The position numbers and the translations under genes were made by a program. A stretch of DNA of 64,000 nt from Verrucomicrobiales bacterium (GTDB lineage: Bacteria; Verrucomicrobiota; Verrucomicrobiia; Verrucomicrobiales; V1-33), in NCBI GenBank assembly GCA_035550135.1, contig DASZQB010000053.1, forward strand, positions 17,782-81,781, read 5' to 3'. Of this stretch, positions 53,606 through 61,882 are shown in pieces. Position 1 is the first letter of the stretch; each line of letters opens with the position of its first letter. The notes under the pieces were generated by a model, which searched no databases, was not told the DNA's origin, and saw nothing but the letters and a program-made list of their open reading frames with translations.

Positions 53606-54346
53606 CTATTGAGCCTTGTCAAAATCCTGCTCCAGGAGTTCGACGAATTTGTCGGTGAAGCCGATGCGTGCGGCCTCACCCGGTGGAAGGATCTTCGCGA
53701 TACCATCCACCGTTTCTTCGTTGAAGTCGTCGCGCTGTTTTTCCCATGCCTCTTCCTTTGCGGGATCTGTGGGTTCCTTTGCTGCGTTCAATCCGGCAGC
53801 TACCATGGCCTCGCCGCGGATGTGCATATAATCGGTGACCGCTTTGGTATGTGCGGCGTCGAGATTTCCCGCCTGCTGGAGCAATGAGCCGAAAAAGCGC
53901 GCGTACTCGTCAGGGTTGTTCTGGAAACCGGTGATTTCGGGCAGTGAGCCCAGAGAGGTGGCCCGCTGCCGCTCCAATTCCAGCAGACGCCTGCTCTGTT
54001 CCGGCGTGCGCGCCGGTGCCTCAATGGCCCGCAACATTGCGAGTTCTTTTTCGGCGGCAAGCATGGAGCCGGTCTGCCGCCCGATGTCTTCCACCTTGCC
54101 AAGATTAACGAGCACACTGCCTTTGAGTTCCTCTGCGGCTTTATCCGCCGCACTTGGCTTCGACGGTGACGCTGGTGCCGCTTTGACGGGCTCAGCGGAC
54201 TTCGCGTGCGGGGCGGAAATGGTTTGTGCCCCCCGTGCTGCCGCAGCGGAGTGCTGTGGAGTTTCTTCAGGCGACTGCTTCATCAAAAACCAGACGAGCC
54301 CTCCTCCGGCAAGAGCGGCAACGATGATAAGGGGCAGAGGTTTCAT
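53606..54346 (-). CDS. Hypothetical membrane-anchored helical protein
   Basis: MKPLPLIIVAALAGGGLVWFL anchor, Ala/Pro linker, helical domain. No motif recognised. Confidence 0.45.
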   Translation of the reverse strand: MKPLPLIIVAALAGGGLVWFLMKQSPEETPQHSAAAARGAQTISAPHAKSAEPVKAAPASPSKPSAADKAAEELKGSVLVNLGKVEDIGRQTGSMLAAEKELAMLRAIEAPARTPEQSRRLLELERQRATSLGSLPEITGFQNNPDEYARFFGSLLQQAGNLDAAHTKAVTDYMHIRGEAMVAAGLNAAKEPTDPAKEEAWEKQRDDFNEETVDGIAKILPPGEAARIGFTDKFVELLEQDFDKAQ

Positions 54347-54583
54347 ACCGTGCGACTCTCTTTCTCCATCGTGCCGCGCCAAGAGGAAGTGATTAACTTT
54401 TTTGAAAGTCGTACGGCGTCAACCGCGTGCCGGCGCCGGACCTGCTCTTACCGCCGGGGGACGTCCGCGGAGGCACCCAGCGGCACTCGAGTTGAAGACG
54501 AAATACGGTATCCGTTCGCCGGGGTTCCGCAGATTTGAAAAAATCTCTGCAACGCGTCGCTGCGGTTCCTTCAAAGCAGAGGC

Positions 54584-57500
54584 ATGAAACGATTCATCGC
54601 CTTCTATTGCCTGCTCACCCTCACGCTCTCCGCCCGCGCTCAGATCCATTCGTGGCACGGCGAATACGACGCTTCGGACGATTCCGGCAATTGCTGGGGC
54701 CGGGCAGGCGGTATCACTTTTGTGCCGGGGGTGCAGGGGATGGCGTTCTCATTTAACGGCACAACCGACAGCGTTGACCTTCAGAAGACGGCACCGCTGC
54801 CTCCGCCGTGGACGCTCGCTCTTTGGGTGAGGCGCTTCGACGCGGCGGGACCCTCCGCTTCGCTGCTTTCTGATGAACAAACAGCCATCAAGTTGGAGCA
54901 GTGGAACTCCGGACGCACACTCGGCCTGACAAAATTTGGCGTGGAGGACTACGCGTTCAACTTTGTGCTCCCTGCCGGGCGCTGGGTCCATCTGACGCTG
55001 GTGGCGACGGCAACGAACACCATGCTCTACATCGATGGCGTGAGGGTGCAGACGCTCCCCGCGTCGGTGAATCTGCCGCGGGGATGGTTTGGCGGCACGG
55101 GGGACAATCGGCTCAAGGCTCAGGTGGATGAGATGCAGGTGTGGAACGAAGTTCTGGACGCGGACGCAGTGCGGGCGGTATCGCGGCAGATATTTAATTC
55201 GCCTGCTCGTCGCCGCGAATGGAGCCCCCCGGTGTGGGATGCCCCCCAGGCCACCAGCGCGCTGACGCGCAATGGCGAGGCGCTGGGATTTCACACTGGA
55301 GTGAACGCACCTCATTCCGCCGGAGCGCCGGATTCCGCCGCGTCTCACTATGAAGGCATCGCGCGATGGGAGAAACCGGGCAGGCTTCCTTACCTGTTTC
55401 TGGGACGCTCGGGTTATGACGCAGGGCAGGGGAACATGATCGTGGTGGAAATGGGCTCCCGGGACCGCGACGGCGAACGCCTGCGCAGCAACCGGCTCAC
55501 GCCGGGGCTCATCACTAACGGCACGGAGCCGCCTGCGGCGGATCGTGTGGTGCGCAGTATCGACTTTCCCTATCGCTCCGCAGGCTCGCTGCAAATCGTC
55601 GGCGACATTCTCGCGGTGGCCATGGAGGACCCGGCGGCGCCGTCCGGCCTGCCCGCCGGACGAGTGATGTTCTACGACGTTTCCGATCCGCTGAACCCCG
55701 CGGCGCTGCCGGTTTCCATCGACTCAGCCACTCACGGCATCAGCGTGACGGGCATGACGCGGCTGCCGGACGGGCATTACCTCGTGGTGACCGCGTGGGA
55801 CTCGCATGACGTGCTGGAGTTTTACCGCTCCACCGGCACGGGCTTTTCGCAGCCGGGTTTCAGCTTCGAACTCCACGATACGTGGCATCCGCCGCAATCC
55901 GGTCCCGGACTTTATCCCGCGGGCCACCTAACCAATTATCAGTGCCTGAGCCTGCTCAATCAGGCGGATGGAAACGTGCACATGATCGGCGCGCGCAATC
56001 TCAGTCCGCAGGCCCCGCTGATTTCCAACCCGTCCGACGCCATGCAACTCTTTCGCATTATCGGCTGGGAACCCGGCAACCAAATCTTGATCCAGCCGCT
56101 GGGCGGCGAGATCATCAAAAACTGCATCATCGAAGGCAAACCGGCAGCGCCGGTTCGCGAAGAAACCGCGAGGCAGAACGGCAACTTCCTCGCCGCCGCC
56201 GGTCCCTATGTTAGTCCAACGGGCGAACTGCTGTTCTACTCCAGCGAATTTTGGAACGACGGCCCCGGCGGATGTGTGCGCTTCTGTGAGTTTCACCATG
56301 CGCAGGTCGCGCGTGCGGGTGGTCCGGCATACTATCCGCAGGCGCACTGCGGAGGAGTGTATCGCGTGAATGAAGGATCCTACCTCAACCTCAATGGCGA
56401 GTCGTCGCTGCCGGTGCGCGTAAAGCCGTGGATCGAACTTTACGAGGACGTGGGTTTCGGCGGCGCCAGCGTGATGATGGACTGGGATGATTTCTTTATT
56501 GAAGACTATCAGGATCTCCGGCTGCTGGAGTTCGATAACAAAACCAGTTCGCTTCGCTGGTATGCGCCGCCGGGCTACGGGGTGAGTCTCCATGACGCCC
56601 TCGATTTCGGCGCGGGGAGCACGAACCCGGTGCTGGCGCTGGGTTCCACCACCGGGGTTTCGGCAATCGGCAGCCTTGGCGACACGCCGTGGAATTTTGA
56701 CAGCGCGGACACGCGGCTTTCCAGCCTGCGCTTCACCTCCATGGCTGACGCCGTGACGCGCGTGAATCAACCGCTGACTTACGAATGGAGCCTGCTTCCG
56801 CCGGACAGCGCGTTCGCCGTTTTCGATTCAATCGATACCGCCCGTCCTTCCTTTCTCGGTCTCAATGGTCCGCGCCTTGTCACGGCCAGGCTGAAGGTGA
56901 AACAAATGGGACCGTTCGGAGCCCAAACGAGTGAAATGGACGCCCTCATCGAAGTGGTGAACAGACCTCCCGCTTTCTGGGAGTTTTCTGCGGCTGCCGC
57001 GCCAGGCTCCTCGGGCCAGCAGGTGTGGCTCCAAATGCGCTGTCATGATCCCGGCCCATTGGACCGGCACAACATCCGCGTCCAATGGGGCGATGGATCC
57101 ACCCAGGGGTTGTCGCTTGATGCCAGGCAGAGCTCCGTCTTGATCCCGCATACGTATGAAGACAACGATCCCGCGGTGCCGCTGTCTTCAACTTATGTGA
57201 TCTCAGCCACGCTGAGTGACGACGATGGCGCCTCCGTTTCCTCTTCACCGACCCATTACCGCGTCGAGTGGCGCACGAGTGCCTCCACAGTGGACCGCGA
57301 TGACGACGGTCTGCCGGACTATTGGGAGGATGCCCACATCCTCACCCGCAACTTCAATGCTACGGACGACAACGACGGCGACGGATGCACCAATCTCGAC
57401 GAATACCGCGCCGGCACCGATCCGCTGGATGCTACCGATTGCCTCGCGCTGCGCTTCGAGCGCAATGCGCTCAATCAGCCCATGGTTACCCTCTACGCCC

Positions 57501-57691
57501 GCGCCATTAACGGTCCCGGCTACGGCACTCTCGCCCGCCGATACCGGCTGGAATACTCCACCAGCCTTTCCTCCGGCGTGTGGACGGCGGTTTCCGGTCT
57601 TGAGAATTTGAACGGGAACAATGTTGCCATTACTTACACCCCACCGGAGGGCCGCCGCCTCTTTTTCCGCGCCGCGGTATGGCTGCAATGA
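54584..57691 (+). CDS. Large secreted protein: LamG, approx. 340-aa unknown beta-rich region, beta/gamma-crystallin-like domain, 2 PKD-like domains, thrombospondin-type-3 Ca-binding repeats, conserved C-terminal domain
   Basis: Signal peptide MKRFIAFYCLLTLTLSARA. LamG ...LYIDGVRV...DEMQVWN. Crystallin-like WIELYEDVGFGGASVMMD...FDNKTSSLRW. PKD IRVQWGDGST. TSP3 DRDDDGLPDYWED / DDNDGDGCTNLDEYRAGTDPLD. Confidence 0.8.
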   Translation: MKRFIAFYCLLTLTLSARAQIHSWHGEYDASDDSGNCWGRAGGITFVPGVQGMAFSFNGTTDSVDLQKTAPLPPPWTLALWVRRFDAAGPSASLLSDEQTAIKLEQWNSGRTLGLTKFGVEDYAFNFVLPAGRWVHLTLVATATNTMLYIDGVRVQTLPASVNLPRGWFGGTGDNRLKAQVDEMQVWNEVLDADAVRAVSRQIFNSPARRREWSPPVWDAPQATSALTRNGEALGFHTGVNAPHSAGAPDSAASHYEGIARWEKPGRLPYLFLGRSGYDAGQGNMIVVEMGSRDRDGERLRSNRLTPGLITNGTEPPAADRVVRSIDFPYRSAGSLQIVGDILAVAMEDPAAPSGLPAGRVMFYDVSDPLNPAALPVSIDSATHGISVTGMTRLPDGHYLVVTAWDSHDVLEFYRSTGTGFSQPGFSFELHDTWHPPQSGPGLYPAGHLTNYQCLSLLNQADGNVHMIGARNLSPQAPLISNPSDAMQLFRIIGWEPGNQILIQPLGGEIIKNCIIEGKPAAPVREETARQNGNFLAAAGPYVSPTGELLFYSSEFWNDGPGGCVRFCEFHHAQVARAGGPAYYPQAHCGGVYRVNEGSYLNLNGESSLPVRVKPWIELYEDVGFGGASVMMDWDDFFIEDYQDLRLLEFDNKTSSLRWYAPPGYGVSLHDALDFGAGSTNPVLALGSTTGVSAIGSLGDTPWNFDSADTRLSSLRFTSMADAVTRVNQPLTYEWSLLPPDSAFAVFDSIDTARPSFLGLNGPRLVTARLKVKQMGPFGAQTSEMDALIEVVNRPPAFWEFSAAAAPGSSGQQVWLQMRCHDPGPLDRHNIRVQWGDGSTQGLSLDARQSSVLIPHTYEDNDPAVPLSSTYVISATLSDDDGASVSSSPTHYRVEWRTSASTVDRDDDGLPDYWEDAHILTRNFNATDDNDGDGCTNLDEYRAGTDPLDATDCLALRFERNALNQPMVTLYARAINGPGYGTLARRYRLEYSTSLSSGVWTAVSGLENLNGNNVAITYTPPEGRRLFFRAAVWLQ

Positions 57692-57744
57692 CGCGTGCGT
57701 GCTCTCTTGTTGCAGCCGCTCTGGTTTCTCCAAAACTGTGTGGT

Positions 57745-58473
57745 ATGACTGCTGCCGAATTCCCGCAGGACTTTCACACGACGCACTGGAGCATCGTGAC
57801 TCAGGCTGCGGATACTGCGTCGCCGGGCAGCCTCGCGGCTCTGGAAAAACTCTGCCGCGCCTACTGGTTTCCACTTTATGCCTACGTGCGGCGGCGCGGG
57901 CATGAAGTGGAGGAAGCACGCGACCTGACACAAGGATTCTTTGCCGTGCTGCTGGAGAAAAACTACGTAGCTGATGCCGATACCAACCGCGGCAGGTTCC
58001 GCACCTTCCTGCTTTCCGCGCTGGGGCATTACCTCGCCAACGAATGGAACCGCGCGCATGCGAAAAAACGCGGCGGCGGCACCGCGCGGTTCTCCATGGA
58101 TGCGCTCAACGCGGAGGAGCGCTACCGGCTGGAGCCGGCTGATGCAGCTTCGCCGGAGCGCTTTTACGACCGCCGCTGGGCGGAGGCTGTGCTCGCGACC
58201 GTGCTGGCCCAACTGCGGCGCGAGTTTGAAGACACCGGACGCGGTCAGCGCTTCGACGATCTGAAAGCCCATCTGCTCGGCGATGCCGGTGCGTTGCCCT
58301 ACGAAGAACTGGCCGCGCGCATGGGCATCGGCCTCAATGGCGTGCGCAGCGTGGTGCATCGCCTTCGAAAACGGTTTGCCACCCTGACAAGAAACGAAAT
58401 CGCCCAGACCGTCACCTCCCCGGAAGAAGTGGAAGATGAAATACGCCATCTCTTCCAATCGCTGGCCGAATGA
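57745..58473 (+). CDS. ECF-type sigma-70 factor of the kinase-associated class (ECF43-like)
   Basis: FHTTHWSIVTQAAD...LEKLCRAYWFPLYAYVRRRGH..EEARDLTQGFF N-terminus typical of PVC/Acidobacteria kinase-linked ECFs. Region 4 PYEELAARMGIGLNGVRSVVHRLRKRF. Confidence 0.85.
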   Translation: MTAAEFPQDFHTTHWSIVTQAADTASPGSLAALEKLCRAYWFPLYAYVRRRGHEVEEARDLTQGFFAVLLEKNYVADADTNRGRFRTFLLSALGHYLANEWNRAHAKKRGGGTARFSMDALNAEERYRLEPADAASPERFYDRRWAEAVLATVLAQLRREFEDTGRGQRFDDLKAHLLGDAGALPYEELAARMGIGLNGVRSVVHRLRKRFATLTRNEIAQTVTSPEEVEDEIRHLFQSLAE

Positions 58474-58517
58474 AATGCGCGCATAACAACGGAACCGTAA
58501 TTTCTTCCTAACAAGGC

Positions 58518-61500
58518 ATGTCTTTGTCCCCAATTGTCAACCTTTGCCCCGGCTGCGGTGCGTCGCTGAAGGCCGGCGCCTCCGAAGGCCTTTGCACGCG
58601 GTGCCTTTTCGGCTCCCTCATGCATCCTGACGATGAACCTTTGCCAGACGCACCCGTAGAGGTGGAGCGGTTCGGCGACTACGAACTGCTCGGTGTCATT
58701 GCCCGCGGCGGATCAGGCATCGTCTATCGTGCGCGTCACGCGGAATTGGATCGCGTCGCCGCGCTGAAGATCCTCCCCCACGAAGTGGACGGCAGCGCGG
58801 AATTCCTTGAGCGCTTTCGCAACGAGGCCGCCGCGGCGGCCAGCCTGGAACATCCGCACATCGTTCCGGTGTATGAATATGGTCACCACGGCAGCCGCCA
58901 CTTCCTGGTCATGAAACTCATCGAAGGGGAGCCCGCGGCGCAGCAAATGGAGCCGGCGGTGGCGGCCCGGCGGCTTGTTATGGTCGCCCGTGCGGTGCAC
59001 CACGCGCACCAGCGGGGTGTCCTGCATCGGGATTTGAAGCCGGCTAACATATTGCTCGATGCCAAAGGCGAGCCGCACCTGACCGATTTCGGTCTGGCAA
59101 AGTTGACGTGGAGCGACTCCACGATCACCCGCACGCGCGCCGTGCTGGGCACGCCCGCCTACATGGCGCCGGAACAGGCCGCGGGCAATACGCGCCAGAT
59201 CACCACCGCCGCCGATGTCTATGGTCTTGGCGCGGTGCTCTACTACTGGCTCACCGGCGGACCGCCCTTCGCCGGCGGCACCACGGTGGAAACCATCCGT
59301 CAGGTCATGGAGCGCGAACCGGAGCCGCCCTCGCACAAAAACCGCGAGGTGGATGCCGATCTCGAAACGATCTGCCTGAAATGCCTGCGCAAAGAACCCG
59401 CCGCGCGTTATGCCTCCGCCGATGCCCTCGCGGATGACCTGATGCGCTGGATGCGCCACGAGCCCGTGCGTGCGCGTCCCGTGAGCAAGCTGGAACGCGC
59501 ACTGAAGTGGATGCGCCGGAACCGGGCCCTGACGGCCGTCATCGCCATTTCGCTCGCGGCCCTTCTCATTGCTGCGGCGCTGTTGTGGCGGCAGAATGTT
59601 CATCTCGTTTCCGCCCGCGGCGAGGTCAGCAATCTCGCCGAAAAACAACGCCGGGACCTTGTTAGGCTTCACGTAGCCACAGGAAACCGTTTGGCCGCGG
59701 AGGGCGATGGTTACGCCGCCCTGGCATCATTCGCCGAAGCTGCGGCGCTGGATACAAAGGATCCGGAACGCCTCGCGATGCACCGTTTCCGATTCTCGGC
59801 CACTCTGGCGCAATTGCCCGCGCGTGAACAGGCGTGGTCGCATGGGGGCCCGGTCTATTCCGCGAATTTCAACTCCGCCGGCACTCGCGTCGTGACCGCC
59901 TCTGCCGACAAAACCGCGAGGGTCTGGAATGCGGAAACCGGCGCGGCGGTGACACCGCTCATGCCTCATGCCGGTCAGGTATGGTGGGCTGGATTTGCCG
60001 CCGGGGGCGCCCGTGTGATCACACGCACGAAGACCGGCGAAGTTTTCCTCTGGGACTCGGAGTCGGGCGCGCCGTGCGGTGGACCATTCACCGGTCGGGG
60101 AGACATGCCTGACCTTCGCGACGGCATGGCCAGGGAACTCGCCGTTTCGCCTGATGGTGCGTCTTTTGTCCTGCTCAAGGAAAAGAGCGTGGAAATCCGC
60201 AGCACGCAGGACGGCAGACCGCTGCGCGAACCGCTTCCCTGTTCGCAATTTCCTAACAGTGCCGCGTGGTCGGCGGACGGCACACGCCTCGCCGTCGCGG
60301 GCGAGAAAGGCGAACTGCTGGTATTCGACGTCAGGAGCGGCGCGCTTCTGCATTCCCTTCCTGCCAGCCTGGCAACAGCCAAAAAGGCCGCCCCCATCGG
60401 TTGGCGCAGCGTGGCATGGTCTCCGGATGGCTCGCACCTCGCCCTGACCGATCGCGTGTTCACCGCGCGCGTGCTCCCGGCCGATGTGCAGCAATGTTCC
60501 TCCATTCTGAGTCATCATAACATGGTGCTGGGCAGCGCATGGAGCCGGGATTCCGCCAGACTCCTGACGTGGAGCTACGATAATACCGTGCGTCTCTGGG
60601 AGGCCGCCACCCTGCAGCCCGCGATGCCCGCCGTGCGGAATCGCGGCCCTGTTTTTGATGCCGCCTTCAGTCCGGACGAACGGTGGATCGCCAGCGCCTG
60701 CCGCGATGGTACCGTCAGTCTGCGCGATCCCGTCACCGGCGAGCGCCGTGGTCCCGTGCTGCGGCATAAAAACAGTGCTATGGATGTTGCCTGGAGTCCC
60801 GACAGCGTGCGCCTCCTAACCTCCGGCGCGGACGGCTTTGCGCAGTTGTGGAAAGTGGCCGGCATGAACGGCGCCGACCGCGAGTGCATTCACAAGGGCT
60901 CCGTGGAGAATCTCGCCGTCTCCCCTAACGGAACGCTGGTTGCGGCCATGGCCCTGGAAAAAGAAATGCCCGTATGGCGTATGCCCGGCGGCGAACGCAT
61001 CGCCTCGCTGCCTCACGGGGGCACTCCCGCCAGCGCCGCGTGGCTCGACGACACCCAATTGCTCACCCTAACAAGCGACGGCACTCTGCGCCTGTGGGAT
61101 GTTCCGGCTGCAACAATCAAACGCACCGCGAAAGTGCCAGGATTCTCGGCCGATGGACTCTGGAGCCTGCGATTGTCCCCGGACGCCCGCCGCATCGCCG
61201 CCGTCTTCAAGAGCCGTCCGGTCGCCCTTTATAATACGGATACCGCCGCCCTCGAAAAAGAACTGCCCGGCGGCCCCGCCGTGTGGGTCACATGGTCCCC
61301 ATGCAATCGCTTCGTGGTGACGCTGCACGGCCACGGCGGAGGAAACCGGATCGTCATTCACGAAGCTGCCTCCAGCGCCGCCCCCGTTGTTTTAAACACC
61401 CGCACAGGCCTGCAAGCCGCCGATACCGGCGCCCGCCGCCTCGCCCTCGTCGATGCCGGTTACAGCGTCACCATTCTAGACCGCGCCACCGGCCTCACCA

Positions 61501-61796
61501 CCCCGCCCATGCCTCACGACGCCATCGTTCAGGCCGCCGTCTTTTCTCCGGATGGACGCATCCTCGCCACCGGCACCCAGGACGGCATGCTTCGCCTCTG
61601 GGATGCCTCCACCGCTGAGCCCCTCTCCCCCCCTCTCCCCCACACTTCATGGATCATGTCTCTCGCCAGCAGCCCCGACAGCCACCGCTTTTTCACCGGA
61701 TCCAACGGCGGAATCCTCAGCGAATGGACCATCCCTGACAAAAACTGGGCTCCGGCAGAAATGCGCGCCATCGCCGATGGGGCTGAGGTGCGGTAG
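58518..61796 (+). CDS. Transmembrane Ser/Thr protein kinase with N-terminal Cys4 motif and large extracytoplasmic WD40 array
   Basis: CPGCG...CTRC. Kinase motifs GRGGSGIVYRA, AALKIL, HRDLKPANILLD, DFGLAK, GTPAYMAPEQ. TM ALTAVIAISLAALLIAAALLW. At least 12 WD-like repeats (...SPDG..LAT...DGT.RLWD). Confidence 0.9.
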   Translation: MSLSPIVNLCPGCGASLKAGASEGLCTRCLFGSLMHPDDEPLPDAPVEVERFGDYELLGVIARGGSGIVYRARHAELDRVAALKILPHEVDGSAEFLERFRNEAAAAASLEHPHIVPVYEYGHHGSRHFLVMKLIEGEPAAQQMEPAVAARRLVMVARAVHHAHQRGVLHRDLKPANILLDAKGEPHLTDFGLAKLTWSDSTITRTRAVLGTPAYMAPEQAAGNTRQITTAADVYGLGAVLYYWLTGGPPFAGGTTVETIRQVMEREPEPPSHKNREVDADLETICLKCLRKEPAARYASADALADDLMRWMRHEPVRARPVSKLERALKWMRRNRALTAVIAISLAALLIAAALLWRQNVHLVSARGEVSNLAEKQRRDLVRLHVATGNRLAAEGDGYAALASFAEAAALDTKDPERLAMHRFRFSATLAQLPAREQAWSHGGPVYSANFNSAGTRVVTASADKTARVWNAETGAAVTPLMPHAGQVWWAGFAAGGARVITRTKTGEVFLWDSESGAPCGGPFTGRGDMPDLRDGMARELAVSPDGASFVLLKEKSVEIRSTQDGRPLREPLPCSQFPNSAAWSADGTRLAVAGEKGELLVFDVRSGALLHSLPASLATAKKAAPIGWRSVAWSPDGSHLALTDRVFTARVLPADVQQCSSILSHHNMVLGSAWSRDSARLLTWSYDNTVRLWEAATLQPAMPAVRNRGPVFDAAFSPDERWIASACRDGTVSLRDPVTGERRGPVLRHKNSAMDVAWSPDSVRLLTSGADGFAQLWKVAGMNGADRECIHKGSVENLAVSPNGTLVAAMALEKEMPVWRMPGGERIASLPHGGTPASAAWLDDTQLLTLTSDGTLRLWDVPAATIKRTAKVPGFSADGLWSLRLSPDARRIAAVFKSRPVALYNTDTAALEKELPGGPAVWVTWSPCNRFVVTLHGHGGGNRIVIHEAASSAAPVVLNTRTGLQAADTGARRLALVDAGYSVTILDRATGLTTPPMPHDAIVQAAVFSPDGRILATGTQDGMLRLWDASTAEPLSPPLPHTSWIMSLASSPDSHRFFTGSNGGILSEWTIPDKNWAPAEMRAIADGAEVR

Positions 61797-61825
61797 GCGA
61801 GGTCCCCCTGCCGACCCCCGCGCGA

Positions 61826-61862
61826 CGGGCGGTCTGCCGATAAGTACCGGCCAAACCGCCCG
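61826..61862. terminator. Interrupted hairpin between convergent genes (possible terminator)
   Basis: CGGGCGGT(ct)GCCG-ataagtac-CGGC(ca)ACCGCCCG, 12 paired positions. No U-tract. Confidence 0.3.
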
Positions 61863-61882
61863 CGCGTGGTCTGGTCACCAGA

